Assembly (NCBI GenBank): GCA_964016885.1
Contig: OZ024741.1
Coordinates: 413,974,001-414,038,000 of the forward strand
From: Eledone cirrhosa
Lineage: Eukaryota
Length of the DNA: 64,000 nucleotides
Reading direction: 5' to 3'
The notes under the pieces: generated by a model
Databases searched by the model: none
What the model saw: the letters and a program-made list of their open reading frames with translations, nothing else
Told to the model about the DNA's origin: nothing
Position numbers and translations under genes: made by a program
Shown here: one piece after another, positions 63,729 to 64,000 of the stretch
Layout of the letters: every line of letters begins with the position of its first letter
How positions within the stretch are numbered: position 1 is the first letter of the stretch

Positions 63729-63968
63729 TTAGAAAGATCGAGTATCGAAAAATCGGCGCACGAGTTCACGATAAACAAGATTCGAAATGAGCGGCAGAGG
63801 GCTCAATAATTCAGATGAATCAGAGCTATAACTATCGTTAAAATACCGTCACATATAGAACAAGTCTACAATCAACCATACGATAAAAAATCGATAAAGG
63901 AAGATTCGGGACAAACAGATAAAAAATATCAATAAAACAATACGGCAATAATTTAAATGAATGTAAAA
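63729..63968 (-). mobile_element. Truncated copy of family H3
   Basis: Matches 18277-18517 with the same terminus next to (TA)n. Confidence 0.8.
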
Positions 63969-64000
63969 ATATACATAGATGTATATATACATACATAGAT

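Overview
AT-rich metazoan genomic DNA. The repeat content suggests a mollusc, probably an octopod cephalopod, but that is inference. I found no host gene. The window is a mosaic of non-LTR retrotransposons: two RTE families carrying a PHD-type finger inside ORF2, two other RTEs, CR1-group elements and two tandem R4/Dong-like RLE elements. It also holds tRNA-derived SINEs, MITEs and minisatellites, nearly all inserted into (TA)n/(TACA)n microsatellite. The ORF track misses the most notable layer, a set of non-coding elements carrying type I hammerhead ribozyme (HHR) motifs: 13 well-formed motifs in five sequence families, plus 3 degenerate ones. They occur as an inverted 310-bp tandem array, as two ~3-kb fold-back elements and as solo copies. 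Several otherwise unrelated families share a stem-loop, (G)GCTC..ATTGA(G/A)C, about 90-100 nt from a 3' end that abuts (TA)n. This looks like a diversified non-autonomous Penelope-like/retrozyme system. All calls were made by eye and element boundaries are approximate.
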